From the NCBI GenBank assembly GCA_049700215.1, contig JBNAVT010000005.1:1-64000 (forward strand): a DNA stretch of 64,000 bases. Direction: 5' to 3'. The translations under genes were made by a program, and so were the position numbers. Positions 18,663 through 29,366 of this stretch are shown here, one piece after another; position 1 is the stretch's first letter, and each line of letters opens with the position of its first letter. The notes beneath the pieces are model-generated. The model worked only from the letters and a program-made list of their open reading frames with translations, was not told where the DNA came from and searched no databases. Source of the stretch: Thermoproteota archaeon (GTDB lineage: Archaea > Thermoproteota > EX4484-205 > JAAOZP01).

Positions 18663-19475
18663 TTAAGCGTTGAAATCCACCACGTCGTATCTTAATTCTC
18701 CACCGTCGGTCCAGCACACGAGTAAATTATTGTTTTTCAACGGAACCCAGTTTCCCCTCACTGTTTTCTCAGACGCAACTATAAGGTGATCGGTGTTAAT
18801 TTTGAAACACATCTCGTATACCGGGGTGTCTCCATAGCACATTGATGAGCCAGGATTATACAAGTATCTCGTGAAGGCATAGAGCTTGCTGCCGTCTGAG
18901 AATATTGTGTTTAAACTGGTGAACGGGGCTTCAAACCCGCTTACCTTCTCCTCTGCAAATATTTCCATAAGTGTCTGCTCAACCTTTCTGAAGGCGGTGA
19001 CCACATCCCCCTCTTTCTCGATTAGGCTGAGCAGCAGGTAGAAGTACACCTCGCTGTCGTTTCGCCCCTTCACCAGCCTCGCGTATGAGCCCAGTCTTCT
19101 TGAAACCTCGTCGGGAATATTGATCGTGCCGTTGTGCGCTAAAACGTATTTCGAGTGGTTGAACGGCTGAGAATTTTCAAGCGATATAAGCATTTCTCGT
19201 GCTAACCCCCTGGGGTTACTTGCTTTCCTCACGTGCGCAATGATTATCCGGCCCTTCGCAGCTTTAGCAGCCTTCTCAAAGCTGTCTTTATCCTCGTAAA
19301 CCGGCTTATCGCTTTTGAAGACTATTGGGTTACTCCCCCCAGGGTAGAAACCTATCCCCCAGCCGTCTGACTGCCTTCCTTTAAACGCTTGGGTGAAGAG
19401 GGAGCATTCCGTGTTTAAAAGATGCTGCTCAACACTGCCGGTTCCGACGAAAATTGCTCCCAGGAGCCTGCACAT
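18663..19475 (-). CDS. Class II glutamine amidotransferase (YafJ/EgtC-like)
   Basis: N-terminal MCRLLG, DGWG, AHVRKAS, HNG, DSE and VASE. Confidence 0.9.
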   Translation of the reverse strand: MCRLLGAIFVGTGSVEQHLLNTECSLFTQAFKGRQSDGWGIGFYPGGSNPIVFKSDKPVYEDKDSFEKAAKAAKGRIIIAHVRKASNPRGLAREMLISLENSQPFNHSKYVLAHNGTINIPDEVSRRLGSYARLVKGRNDSEVYFYLLLSLIEKEGDVVTAFRKVEQTLMEIFAEEKVSGFEAPFTSLNTIFSDGSKLYAFTRYLYNPGSSMCYGDTPVYEMCFKINTDHLIVASEKTVRGNWVPLKNNNLLVCWTDGGELRYDVVDFNA

Positions 19476-19576
19476 AGCTCATTCTCTAACAGGGGGTGTT
19501 TTTAGCTTTTCCTAGAACGAGGGCTGCATAGAGGCTTAACGGGCAGGCGCATTATGCCTAGCCCGGCCCCCACCTG

Positions 19577-21526
19577 CTACACGGGGGATATGTGCGCCAC
19601 ATAACCCCCGCCAGGGGCCATCCTTGCCTTCAAGAGGTCTCCGGAAGCCACTTCCAGTTTTTCCTCGGAAACCCTGTTCGGGTAGTCGTCCGCATCCGGG
19701 GCGTCTTCGAAAACGTGTGCAGTATACTTCCCGTCTCCAAGGAATGCTAAAGGTATTTCGATTACTCTGGGCTCCCAGTTCGTCATGCTTCCAACGAACC
19801 ATTCTGAACCATGCTTCCTCGCGATGGTTATGTATTCGCCGACCTCACCGTTTAAAACCCTGGTTTCATCCCATGTGGTTGGAACCTTCTTCAGAAACTC
19901 TAGGCCTGTTTGCCCCCGGTAATTGTAGGGTGAGTCGCAGAGCACTTGAAGCGGGCTCTCATAGACAACTAGCATGGCAAGCTGGTGGCATCTCGTACCC
20001 ATTACGAACGGGCCTGTGTTCTGGGGTCTGAAAGTTGTCTTGGTAGCATGCCGGAAACCGCCTGGAGTGAAATCCATCGGCCCAGCAAGCATTCTGGTGA
20101 AGGGTATCGTTACGGTGTGCTCAGGTGTGACTAGGCTGCTCCACTTGTTGTACTCGTTACCCAAAACTCCTTCGCGTGTTATAAGGTTTGGATAGGTCCG
20201 GCGGAAGCCATCCGGCTTGTAGGCACCGTGGAAGTCTACGAGAAGATGGTGTTCAGCAGCCTTCTTAACAACCTTATGGTAGAAGTTGACCATCTCCTGG
20301 TCGTCGCGATCCATGAAGTCTATTTTAACGCCTGCAATACCCCATTTCTCATAAAGCGTGAACGCTTCATCGATCTTTTTCTCAACATCCCTCCAGTAGA
20401 GCCAGATTATGATCCTGATGTTTCTTTCCCAAGCATACCGTATCAGCTCGTGAATATCCAGCTCCGGAATTGGCCTAGTAACGTCAGACTCAGGGTCGTT
20501 CGGCTTCCCGTACCAGCCGGCGTCGACAAGCATGTATTCGAAACCCATTTCAGCAGCGAAATCAATAAAGTACTTCATAGTCTCAGTGTTCATGCCGACT
20601 TTAAACTTTGCATCAGGAATATACCCGCCGCACCACCAGTCCCAAGCAGCCTTACCGGGTCTTATCCAAGACGTGTCTCTGATTGCACACGGCTCGTTAA
20701 GATTAAGTATTATGTTCGACTCTATTAGGTCACCGGGCCTCTGGCCTACCATTATGACTCTCCACGGCGAGTAGTGGGGAGTGTTTGACCTTACCAGCAC
20801 CCCGGGTTCGTCTAGCCTAGGGGCGAGGGTTGAAACGAGAGCATAGGGTTTGACGCCGGCCCCGGCGAGATACATTCCAGCCCAGTCTGTTATGTTGGCT
20901 TCAGTGATCGCAACCCATCTGTTCTCGTCTACCTTAACAAGCAAGGGTAGCCCTATTATTGAAGACGGTGTTATTTGGCTCAGGGTCTTCTTCTCGAAGA
21001 GGGCTTCCTGGGGGGAGACGTATGAACCGTAGTCAGCCGCCCAGACAGTATGGTTTGACGCGAAGTGGAATTCTGAACGCTCATTAGCAAGCCTGAAGCT
21101 CTTCATCCCGGGTTGTCTCGGGAGAAAATAGCGGAAAGCCACCCCGTCATTGTAGGCACGGAAAAACAGCTCCAGCCTTCTTCCAGGTTCCCCCTGCTCC
21201 TTGAGCCAAAGATGCAGCTCGTTGCACAGGTTTAAGATGTTCCTACACTTGCCGTGAACCGCCTGCCACTTCTCGTTAATAGTCTTCTCCTCCTTCCTAG
21301 TTAAGACAAGGTTCCTGGCGAGGGGCGCCGTGTCCTTGAAGTCCATGCCCAGCGGGGAGTCGACCAGTATCTCCTTTCCCTTGAAGAAGATGGAGTAGTA
21401 AAGGCGTTTCCCAGAAGGATACGGCTCGATTCTTTCCCTCAGGGTTATTTTCACAAGCGTCTCCCCGTCGGGGGAGGATACGCTTGCTGACTGGAAACCC
21501 AAGGATTTCTTCGGCATCGTATTCAC
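19577..21526 (-). CDS. GH97 alpha-glucosidase/alpha-galactosidase
   Basis: WIRPGKAAWDWW, GVKIDFMDRDDQ, DFHG, TYPNLITREGV and FTRMLAGPMDFTPG. No signal peptide is evident. Confidence 0.95.
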   Translation of the reverse strand: MNTMPKKSLGFQSASVSSPDGETLVKITLRERIEPYPSGKRLYYSIFFKGKEILVDSPLGMDFKDTAPLARNLVLTRKEEKTINEKWQAVHGKCRNILNLCNELHLWLKEQGEPGRRLELFFRAYNDGVAFRYFLPRQPGMKSFRLANERSEFHFASNHTVWAADYGSYVSPQEALFEKKTLSQITPSSIIGLPLLVKVDENRWVAITEANITDWAGMYLAGAGVKPYALVSTLAPRLDEPGVLVRSNTPHYSPWRVIMVGQRPGDLIESNIILNLNEPCAIRDTSWIRPGKAAWDWWCGGYIPDAKFKVGMNTETMKYFIDFAAEMGFEYMLVDAGWYGKPNDPESDVTRPIPELDIHELIRYAWERNIRIIIWLYWRDVEKKIDEAFTLYEKWGIAGVKIDFMDRDDQEMVNFYHKVVKKAAEHHLLVDFHGAYKPDGFRRTYPNLITREGVLGNEYNKWSSLVTPEHTVTIPFTRMLAGPMDFTPGGFRHATKTTFRPQNTGPFVMGTRCHQLAMLVVYESPLQVLCDSPYNYRGQTGLEFLKKVPTTWDETRVLNGEVGEYITIARKHGSEWFVGSMTNWEPRVIEIPLAFLGDGKYTAHVFEDAPDADDYPNRVSEEKLEVASGDLLKARMAPGGGYVAHISPV

Positions 21527-21714
21527 CGTAGACGATTATCCGCCTTCTTATATTAGGCTTTTCTTAGCAAGCATTGGGAACATTTCTGCGGGGCCTCGCA
21601 TCCAGTTTACCCTGTTTAAAACCCTGGAGAGATGAATAGGCTGCTGCTAGTGGTGGAAGCTGGTTTGACGCAGACCCTGGCCCTGCTTAGAATAGGTTTT
21701 TAAATGCGTATTGA

Positions 21715-23229
21715 TTGTTTGAAACTAATGTGAGCAGCATTAGGCTGAAGTACTCTGGACTAGTCAACTTCGCCTCTAGGATGATTTCAGTCCTAACGGG
21801 ATTACTTTTTACGATGCTTGTTACCAGAAGGCTTACTGAAGAGCTTTTCGGAACCTGGCAGTTTTATGCAAGCCTGCTAAGTTATTTCACAATACCTTCA
21901 AGCATCTCAAACTACTGGCTTACCAGGTTTACAGGAAGAGGGAAGCCGGTTGCGAAATCAGGAGTTTTATTCAACAGCGTGGTTTCACTGGTTTCAGCAG
22001 CGGTCTTCACAGTCTTGTCCCCGGTTTTCGCGTCGAGCGTAAGCGTCGACCCGTTGACGATACTTGCGTTCATAATTTGGATAGTAGCGATACATCACAC
22101 GTCAAGCTTGGAATCCGTATGCCACGGGGTTGAGCCCCATGTAGTCGGCTACGGGACAATTATTTTCGAGGCTTCTAAGGTGGTTGTTGGAGCAACGCTA
22201 GTCGGGTACTTCAGGCTATCCCTTTTCGGTGCAGTTCTATCAGTGGACCTAGCCTTAATAATTCAGGCACTGTACTACTCGCTAAGGCTCTCTAAACATC
22301 TTAAGGGTTCATTCATGCTGGGGGAGGTGGGCCGATGGTTCAGGATGAGCTGGATACCTTTAGCATCGATCGCTCCCGGCATCGTGTATTCTCAGGATGC
22401 CCTAGTCCTAACGCTGTTAACAGGGTCTCTGCTTCCAGTAGCATACATTAGGGCTGCGAACATTTTTGCTGGAGTCATACTTTTCGCCGGGGCTCTGGCA
22501 ATAGGGCTTTACCCGAAACTCCTGTCTGGCGGAACAGGCAGGGATGTAGAGGAGTCGCTGGAGCTCGTACTGCTCTTCCTAATTCCCATGATACTCGGGC
22601 AACTGATACTTGCTGAACCCCTACTATATCTCTTGAGAGAAGGCTATGCGCCTGTGCACAATGTTCTCAGAGTAATGGCTATGGGCTCTGCAGTTATCGT
22701 GGTGAAAAGTTTTTTCTCAACAGTCATACTGGGCGTTGAGAAGACTGATGTTGATGAAAATGCTTCGTGGAAAAAACTAGTGGAATCATATCTCATAAGA
22801 ATTCCCCTTATCGACTTATCCGGTTCAGTTGTTTACGTGGCAGTGACCGGAGTAGTGTCTAAGATCCTGCGGGATTTGGAGAGCCCGCTGATGCTGTTCT
22901 CCACGTCTGCAGCTGTATGCTACTCACTGGTTAACCTCTCCATAGCTCTTTACTACATACGGCTCTCCAAGCGTCTGGTCGAATTCAGTTTAGATATCAA
23001 GAGGGTATTCAAAATCTTTATCTCAGGAATTCTTATGTCAGCTGTACTACTAACGCTGTATCCTGAATCGGCTAAAAGCGGGCAGATAATGATCGTATTA
23101 ACGTCACTGATGCCCGTCATCCTAGCCGGTGTGGTTGTTTATTTCACCACCCTGTGTTTAATAGACCAGGAATCCAGAGAAATGTTGAAAACTGTTTTAA
23201 ACTGGTTTCTAGCTAAGAGACCAGCTTAA
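21715..23229 (+). CDS. MOP-superfamily polysaccharide flippase-like membrane protein
   Basis: About 12-14 TM helices and N-terminal 'LFTMLVTRRLTEELFGTW'. The start is uncertain (TTG 21715 or GTG 21730). Confidence 0.75.
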   Translation: MFETNVSSIRLKYSGLVNFASRMISVLTGLLFTMLVTRRLTEELFGTWQFYASLLSYFTIPSSISNYWLTRFTGRGKPVAKSGVLFNSVVSLVSAAVFTVLSPVFASSVSVDPLTILAFIIWIVAIHHTSSLESVCHGVEPHVVGYGTIIFEASKVVVGATLVGYFRLSLFGAVLSVDLALIIQALYYSLRLSKHLKGSFMLGEVGRWFRMSWIPLASIAPGIVYSQDALVLTLLTGSLLPVAYIRAANIFAGVILFAGALAIGLYPKLLSGGTGRDVEESLELVLLFLIPMILGQLILAEPLLYLLREGYAPVHNVLRVMAMGSAVIVVKSFFSTVILGVEKTDVDENASWKKLVESYLIRIPLIDLSGSVVYVAVTGVVSKILRDLESPLMLFSTSAAVCYSLVNLSIALYYIRLSKRLVEFSLDIKRVFKIFISGILMSAVLLTLYPESAKSGQIMIVLTSLMPVILAGVVVYFTTLCLIDQESREMLKTVLNWFLAKRPA

Positions 23230-23234
23230 GCTTT

Positions 23235-24191
23235 TTATTCTAACGCAGCAGCTAAGGCACCGTAGAGAACCGCGTCTTCGCCAAGCGGAGTTATGGTTAT
23301 CTCTGGCAGTCTGTTTATAGCATACTTAGGAATATTTTTCTTAACCGGATCGAGTATGAGTTCGCTGTTGAAAAGAGCGACTGAGCCGCCTACTGTTATT
23401 AGCTCAGGGTCATACGCATTTACTATGTTGGCGAAGCCGATTGCGTTAAGCAACCCTATTTCCCCGATGATTCTAAGCGCTGTCTCGTCTCCTTCCCTAG
23501 CGGCTTCGAAAAGTATTTTGGGAGTGGCATTCGAAAAATCCTCCTGGAAAAGCTTTCTCAGAGAGCTCTTGTTGAAATCTACGCACCATTCTTTTAAGAG
23601 CAGCTTCGCGTAATTGACCATTCCGCTCCCGCTGCAATACGCTTCCCAGTGTCCGCGTTTTCCACACCCGCACTCGAGAAGCCCCTCCTTATCCACTACT
23701 ATGTGGCCAACCTCATGCGCGTTACCGTCTTTTCCAAGCAGAAGGTGTCCATCAACTATCGCTCCACCACCTATCCCAGTGCTTATCGTAACGTAAACAA
23801 TGTTCTCCATGTTCCTGCCTGCTCCAAACCTCTTTTCCCCAAGGACGGCTGCAACACAATCGTTTAAAAGTCTGACTGGTGCGTTAAAATGTTTTTCAAC
23901 GCCTTCAACAATCGGAATTATACCCACCCGCAGGTTTGGAGGGTTGACTACCAGGCCTTTCTTCAAGTCGAGTGGCCCTATCGACCCTACTCCAACCGCC
24001 TTCAAGCTTCTATCCGTTAATCCCAGAGAACTGAGGGCATTTCTCCCCATTTCCACAATCTGCCTCACGACATCCAGCCCCGTTCTACCAGTTGTCCTGC
24101 CTGTCTTCTTCAGAAGTATCCTTCCCTCCGCGTCGGATAAGGCGACCCTGACGTTTGTTGCTCCAAGATCTACTCCGAGTACTATACTCAA
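23235..24191 (-). CDS. ROK-family sugar kinase (glucokinase)
   Basis: GVDLGAT, LLND, STGIGGG, EVGH and CGCGKRGHWE motifs. Confidence 0.92.
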   Translation of the reverse strand: MSIVLGVDLGATNVRVALSDAEGRILLKKTGRTTGRTGLDVVRQIVEMGRNALSSLGLTDRSLKAVGVGSIGPLDLKKGLVVNPPNLRVGIIPIVEGVEKHFNAPVRLLNDCVAAVLGEKRFGAGRNMENIVYVTISTGIGGGAIVDGHLLLGKDGNAHEVGHIVVDKEGLLECGCGKRGHWEAYCSGSGMVNYAKLLLKEWCVDFNKSSLRKLFQEDFSNATPKILFEAAREGDETALRIIGEIGLLNAIGFANIVNAYDPELITVGGSVALFNSELILDPVKKNIPKYAINRLPEITITPLGEDAVLYGALAAALE

Positions 24192-24577
24192 CCTGGTTCA
24201 AAAACTAGGACACAGCCTGATTTATCTTTTAGCGTCCTGATAAAACTCTTTAGTTGCTTCTTCAAATCCTTCAAGTCATCTAGGAAAAGCCTGAACCCCA
24301 CGGTCACGGTGCTTGAACTCAGCTTCCAAGGGATGCTGGTTAAACCAGCCTCGTATATAAGCATCACTAGGTTTTGAGCTGAAAGCGTTAATACGCCTAG
24401 TACGGCAACTATTACTCCAATCAGCCAGTGGTGTATTCTAAGCCCCTTCACCGAGAACTCGTAATTCCTGTTTTTAACCCTGTTTAGAACTATTCTAGTC
24501 GCCTTATCCATTGCCCAGAACAACGTGATAGACTGGGTTGTGCTAAAGACGATTTCTGGAACACCTACTGGCAGCAT
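24188..24577 (-). CDS. Small hypothetical membrane protein
   Basis: RIHHWLIG is followed by a TM helix, and the gene overlaps the ROK start by 4 nt. Confidence 0.6.
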   Translation of the reverse strand: MLPVGVPEIVFSTTQSITLFWAMDKATRIVLNRVKNRNYEFSVKGLRIHHWLIGVIVAVLGVLTLSAQNLVMLIYEAGLTSIPWKLSSSTVTVGFRLFLDDLKDLKKQLKSFIRTLKDKSGCVLVFEPG

Positions 24578-24726
24578 GCTGAGAATTTTCAGCGTGCATA
24601 GTTAAAAAGCTTTCTAAGCTTGTTCAGCATTCTAAGTCGATTGCTTGTTTAACGTTAATGCCTTATTCTGCTTAAGTCATTTTAACCCTCCGCCCTCCAT
24701 CTCTCTAGATAAAATTTCCCGAACAG

Positions 24727-25464
24727 TTAATACAGCTTTCTATAGTATCTTTTTTCAGGAGGAACCTTTCTCTTGAGAAGCTCGCTAAAAACGTTGTAAA
24801 GCCATTCGTAGAAGCTTCTGCCGAAACCATACTTCTCATACCTTCTCATGGAGAAGTATACTCTAAGCCCTCCATCGAACATTATTCTACCGGTTTTTCT
24901 CATTCTGAACTGAAGCCCGTAGTCGTCACCAGCCCCTACTGCCGGAAAGCCCCTCGTAATTATGAATTGCTTTTTTCTGAAAGCTGTGTTAGCGCCAACA
25001 CTCATGTATATCTTAAACCTGTAAAGGATTTTTACGAAAACATTGTTTAACTCTATCAGGAAAGTGTTTTTAAAATTCCTCTCTATCGGGGTCACCACGC
25101 CATACACCATAACGACATCCGGGTGAGTGTTAAAATCGTGGATTACTCTCTCAAGCAGGTTGGGCGTGACCATGCAGTCTGCATCGGTTGTGAAAACCAG
25201 GTCTGCCTCAGCATTTTTCACCCCGTCGTTTCTCGCTCCTCCGACTGTAGGGGTCTTCTGCATCACTATCTTGTCAGCATACTTTCTGCATATCTCCAGG
25301 GTCCTGTCTCTGCTTCCTCCGTCTACAATGATGATCTCGTAATCCGACCTTGGTATGGTTTGCCAGCTTAGCGTCGTGAGCAGTTTCCCAATATACTTCT
25401 CCTCGTTGAACGTTGGTATCACTATGGATATTTTCCTTTTTCCCAATCCTTCTTGCTTAACCAA
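24727..25464 (-). CDS. GT2 glycosyltransferase
   Basis: ISIVIPTFNEE, VDGGSRDRT, ARNDG, TDAD and GDD motifs. Confidence 0.92.
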   Translation of the reverse strand: MVKQEGLGKRKISIVIPTFNEEKYIGKLLTTLSWQTIPRSDYEIIIVDGGSRDRTLEICRKYADKIVMQKTPTVGGARNDGVKNAEADLVFTTDADCMVTPNLLERVIHDFNTHPDVVMVYGVVTPIERNFKNTFLIELNNVFVKILYRFKIYMSVGANTAFRKKQFIITRGFPAVGAGDDYGLQFRMRKTGRIMFDGGLRVYFSMRRYEKYGFGRSFYEWLYNVFSELLKRKVPPEKRYYRKLY

Positions 25465-25611
25465 ATAAAACCCGATATTTAAAAGTGGGTTGCCTTGGAA
25501 AACATGTTTTTCACCGAGAAATAGCCTTAGAAATTGCTTACGCTAGACATGCAAAACGTCTTTTCATCCTACTGATAAAAGTTTATAAAAACGTTGTTCA
25601 AAGTAGGTAGT

Positions 25612-26673
25612 ATGACGAGTGGTTATAAGAAGGCGTTTTGGGTGAATCCAAAGCCTATTGCCGAGAACCCTGAGAAACACGTTAGAGAAATAGTGGAAAT
25701 GGGTGCTGACGAAATTTTTCTGCTGAGCATAGATGGCGAGGGAGCCCTCTACCCTGCTAAGATTTCAGTTGTCGCGAAGGAGGCTGCTCAAAAGAGCTTT
25801 ATAGGAGACGTTATAAGGGAAGCGAAGAGAAACGGGTTAAAGGTTCACGCATGGGTGGTTGCTTTAAACAAGCCGAATAGGGAGCTGGCTGCCAAAAGGA
25901 AGGACTGGTTTGTTGTGAGTAGAGAGGGGAAGAGCTGCGTTGACAGCCCGCCTTACGTTGAAGACTACAAATGGCTCTGTCCATCGAACGATGAGGTGAA
26001 GAGCTATTTCACCGGCACAGTCCAGGAGCTTATGGAGACATACGACCTGGATGGTGTTCATCTCGACTATATTAGGCTTCCAGATATCTTCCTCCCTGAA
26101 GGGTTGAGGGAAAGATACGGGTTGGAGAAGGAGGTAGACGTCTACAGGGGGGAGTTCGACTTCTGCTATTGTGAAAAATGTAGAAACGGGTTTAAGAAGG
26201 AGTATGGCATAGATCCCTTGGAAATCGGGTTCGGGTCGCGAAAATGGTATGAGTGGCACGCGTGGAGAGCTGAAAGAATTACTGAGATAGTTAAAAACTT
26301 CCATAGGACTGTGAAAAACTATGATAACACCATTGAGACTTCAGCCGCTGTTTTCGCGACACCGGGATACGCGTACAGAATTGTTTTTCAAAAGTGGTGT
26401 GAGTGGCCGCTTGACAGTTTTGAACCAATGATATACCACGAGTACTATGGGAAAAACATAAAATGGATCGGTGAAGCAGTCATGGAGGGTGTTGCGTGTG
26501 GTAAAATGATAGTTGCCGGAATCCAGTTCCAATTCTTAAGGAGCAGGAGGGACGTGGAGGAAGCGGTGAACGTTGCCTTGGAAAAAGGCTCGAGCGGAGT
26601 CTGCTTCTTCCTATATCCTTTGCAACATCCAGAGCTTAAAGATGCCGTTAAAGAAGCGTTTTCAAAGTTCTGA
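25612..26673 (+). CDS. GHL10-like glycoside hydrolase (TIM barrel)
   Basis: GLKVHAW, WLCPS, YDLDGVHLDYIR, FCYCEKC and PMIY motifs. Confidence 0.8.
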   Translation: MTSGYKKAFWVNPKPIAENPEKHVREIVEMGADEIFLLSIDGEGALYPAKISVVAKEAAQKSFIGDVIREAKRNGLKVHAWVVALNKPNRELAAKRKDWFVVSREGKSCVDSPPYVEDYKWLCPSNDEVKSYFTGTVQELMETYDLDGVHLDYIRLPDIFLPEGLRERYGLEKEVDVYRGEFDFCYCEKCRNGFKKEYGIDPLEIGFGSRKWYEWHAWRAERITEIVKNFHRTVKNYDNTIETSAAVFATPGYAYRIVFQKWCEWPLDSFEPMIYHEYYGKNIKWIGEAVMEGVACGKMIVAGIQFQFLRSRRDVEEAVNVALEKGSSGVCFFLYPLQHPELKDAVKEAFSKF

Positions 26674-26761
26674 ATACTTATCGATCGGCTTTTCAGAAGC
26701 AATGTCTAACGGTCGCCTAGCAGGTATCAAGTTAGATTAAAATAGGCTTCTCGCCTACGTT

Positions 26762-28129
26762 GTGAGGATGAAGCTGGAGGAGGCTATGCGGCTTAAACCA
26801 TATGGGGATTTCGACGTAGTGGTGGCGGGGGGAGGTACTGCTGGAGCCGTGGCCGCAATAGCGGCCGCGAGAAACGGTGTGAAAACCCTTGTTGTAGAGC
26901 AGTTCGGTTTCCTAGGGGGAAGCGGGTCAGCAGCCCTCGTCATGCCAATGATGCCGAACCATGTGGAGGGGAAACCCTTAGTCAGAGGGATAAGCCAAGA
27001 GATACAGAGTCGTCTTCTAGAACTGGGCTACGCAGCAACAGATAAAAACGGTAATGAGGGCTGGTTTAATCCAGAGGCCTTAAAATTCGTGTTGGAGGAA
27101 ATGGTTTTAGAGGCTGGTGGGAAAATCCTCTATTTCACGCTTGTCGAGGACGTCATAATGGAGGGTGAAGAGCTTAGGGGGATAGTTGTGGCCAATAAGT
27201 CGGGGAGGCAAGCGGTTTTCTCGAAAATCGTCATAGACTCGACTGGAGACGGGGATGTGGCTGCGCTAGCAGGAGTCCCGTTCGAATCAGGAAGAAAGGA
27301 GGACGGTGTTAGTCAACCGATGTCGTTAAGGTTCATGGCGGGAAACGTTGACTTAGGCAAACTGGCTGATTTCCTGCTTGAAAACGACAGTAGGAGTTAC
27401 GTCGACCCGCCGCTAATAGAGTTCGCAATGGTTCCGGGCGGAGGCTGGCCTCTTGAAAAATTCTTCAGAGAAGGTGTTGAAGAGGGCCTTCTGAATGATT
27501 CCGACATAGTCTATTTTCAAGCGTTCAGTGTCCCTGGAATGCCCGGGGTCGTAGCGTTCAACTGTCCAAGAATAATAGGCAACTATAAGGGTTTCGACAC
27601 GGATCATCTTACGGAAGCAGTGATACAGGGTAGGAGGAGAATTAGTAGGCTTTTCAGTTTTCTCAGGAAGAAAATCCCTGGCTTCGAAGAATCTTACCTC
27701 GCCATGACTGCGCCGATGGTCGGTGTGAGGGAGTCGAGGAGGATAGTGGGCGAGTATGTTCTTTCTGCACAGGACTATTTCAACGCCAGAAAGTTTGAAG
27801 ACGCTGTTTCTCGAAACAGGTATCCGATTGACATACATCTGCCAACCAGCCGCCTGCCAGGGGAAAGGAAACTAGGCCCCGGAGAGTATCATGAGATACC
27901 TTACAGGTCACTGATACCGGTTAAGGTTGAAAACCTGATCGTCGCATGCAGGGCTCTCTCAGCATCCTTCGAAGCTCATGGCGCGGTAAGAATCCAGCCG
28001 AACATGAGGGCAATAGGCCAGGCAGCGGGTGTTGCTGCCGCACTCTGCGTTAAGAAGGGGGTTAGGCCAAGGCAGCTGGACGGAAAGGAGCTTAGGGAAA
28101 CCCTGGTTCAACAGGGCGCCTACCTCTAG
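26762..28129 (+). CDS. FAD-dependent oxidoreductase (FAD_oxidored family)
   Basis: GGGTAG, IDSTGDGD, GVRESRRIVG, YEIPYRSL-like motif and GQAAG. Confidence 0.9.
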   Translation: MRMKLEEAMRLKPYGDFDVVVAGGGTAGAVAAIAAARNGVKTLVVEQFGFLGGSGSAALVMPMMPNHVEGKPLVRGISQEIQSRLLELGYAATDKNGNEGWFNPEALKFVLEEMVLEAGGKILYFTLVEDVIMEGEELRGIVVANKSGRQAVFSKIVIDSTGDGDVAALAGVPFESGRKEDGVSQPMSLRFMAGNVDLGKLADFLLENDSRSYVDPPLIEFAMVPGGGWPLEKFFREGVEEGLLNDSDIVYFQAFSVPGMPGVVAFNCPRIIGNYKGFDTDHLTEAVIQGRRRISRLFSFLRKKIPGFEESYLAMTAPMVGVRESRRIVGEYVLSAQDYFNARKFEDAVSRNRYPIDIHLPTSRLPGERKLGPGEYHEIPYRSLIPVKVENLIVACRALSASFEAHGAVRIQPNMRAIGQAAGVAAALCVKKGVRPRQLDGKELRETLVQQGAYL

Positions 28130-28134
28130 CGGTA

Positions 28135-29295
28135 TTAGTCACCCCACCCGCAATGCTTCTTTAAGAGCGTAACAAAGTACTTGTAGTTCTCAAGAGGCAC
28201 GTCTGCAGGCACAGCGTGATCCACCCCGGGGAAATATCCTTTTCTCTTCACCAGCGGAGGAACTCTGTAACCAACCTCTTTTTCAACCGACTCCTTATCC
28301 TTTGCAAGCTCCCTCTTATCTATCCCGCCTATCATGATTAAATCCGGATACTTCTCTCCAAGTTTTACCACGTCCATGCCTGCTGCCACTTCACACGGTA
28401 TCACGCCGTTGAAGCCGAGCTTAAGCCAAATAGGTATCAGGAGCTCAATGTTTCCATCACTGTCTACAATCAAAACTTTTACGCCATGCTCCCTGAAGAA
28501 CCCGGCTATCTCGCTGTACGCTTTACTCATGAACTCTTTAACGGTTTCAGGCCCTATCATCGGCCCATTCTTGTAAGCCATGTCCTCGTTTAAGACCACG
28601 AAGTCCAGATCCAAATCGTCTACAGCCTTATGCAGAACCCGGGTTTGAAACTCTGCGCAGAAATCCATGATCTCTTTTATAAGGCCCGGGTTCCTATGGA
28701 TTCCGAGAGCAATACCCTTTAAGCCAACCATGTCCCTAGTCCACCAGAATGGCCCCCTTATGGATACGCATAGTGGATAGTTTCTCTCCCGGTGTTTCTT
28801 AACCTGGGAATCCCAGCTCCCAGGGTATCTCCCAGTGTCAGTCGGGTCGTAACGCTTCTTAATCTTCAAGAAGTCTCCGCGGTTCTTAACCGGGAAGTCA
28901 ATCCAGCTTCTCGTCGCGAAGCCGCTCCACCCGTTTTTCCAATCGTCCTGAAATCCTACCTGCATTATTCCTAAGCTGTCCACCCAAACCCTGTGCCTCT
29001 CGTCTTCCCTTATTATCCGGTATTCGAACGCTGGCCTAGGTCCAAGGTCGATTAAGCCTGGGTCTGGTTTCCACTCGAATCCTTCACTCGGGTATGATGC
29101 TATGTTGACGGCTTCAACCTCGCAGCCCTTGACGCCAAGGTATTCCGCTACCGCCGTGTTCTCCGGAAGCCCCTGCTTAACCCATTTTCTCAGCGTGGCT
29201 GGCCTAATGCTTCCGACGCCCCACAACGGTATTTTATCAGGGTTTTTAAATAAGGCTGCTTGGAGAAACCTTTCTCGAGGCGTTATCGACTCCAC
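28135..29295 (-). CDS. Uroporphyrinogen decarboxylase (URO-D)/MtaA-superfamily protein
   Basis: TPRERF, NEDMAYKNGPMI, VDSDGN, GGIDK and GYFPGVDHAVP motifs. Confidence 0.85.
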   Translation of the reverse strand: MESITPRERFLQAALFKNPDKIPLWGVGSIRPATLRKWVKQGLPENTAVAEYLGVKGCEVEAVNIASYPSEGFEWKPDPGLIDLGPRPAFEYRIIREDERHRVWVDSLGIMQVGFQDDWKNGWSGFATRSWIDFPVKNRGDFLKIKKRYDPTDTGRYPGSWDSQVKKHRERNYPLCVSIRGPFWWTRDMVGLKGIALGIHRNPGLIKEIMDFCAEFQTRVLHKAVDDLDLDFVVLNEDMAYKNGPMIGPETVKEFMSKAYSEIAGFFREHGVKVLIVDSDGNIELLIPIWLKLGFNGVIPCEVAAGMDVVKLGEKYPDLIMIGGIDKRELAKDKESVEKEVGYRVPPLVKRKGYFPGVDHAVPADVPLENYKYFVTLLKKHCGWGD

Positions 29296-29366
29296 GGGTT
29301 TTCCTACGTTAATGATCCAGGGATAAAAAGCTTTTAGGGCTCTAAGCCGGGTTATCGTGAGGAAGC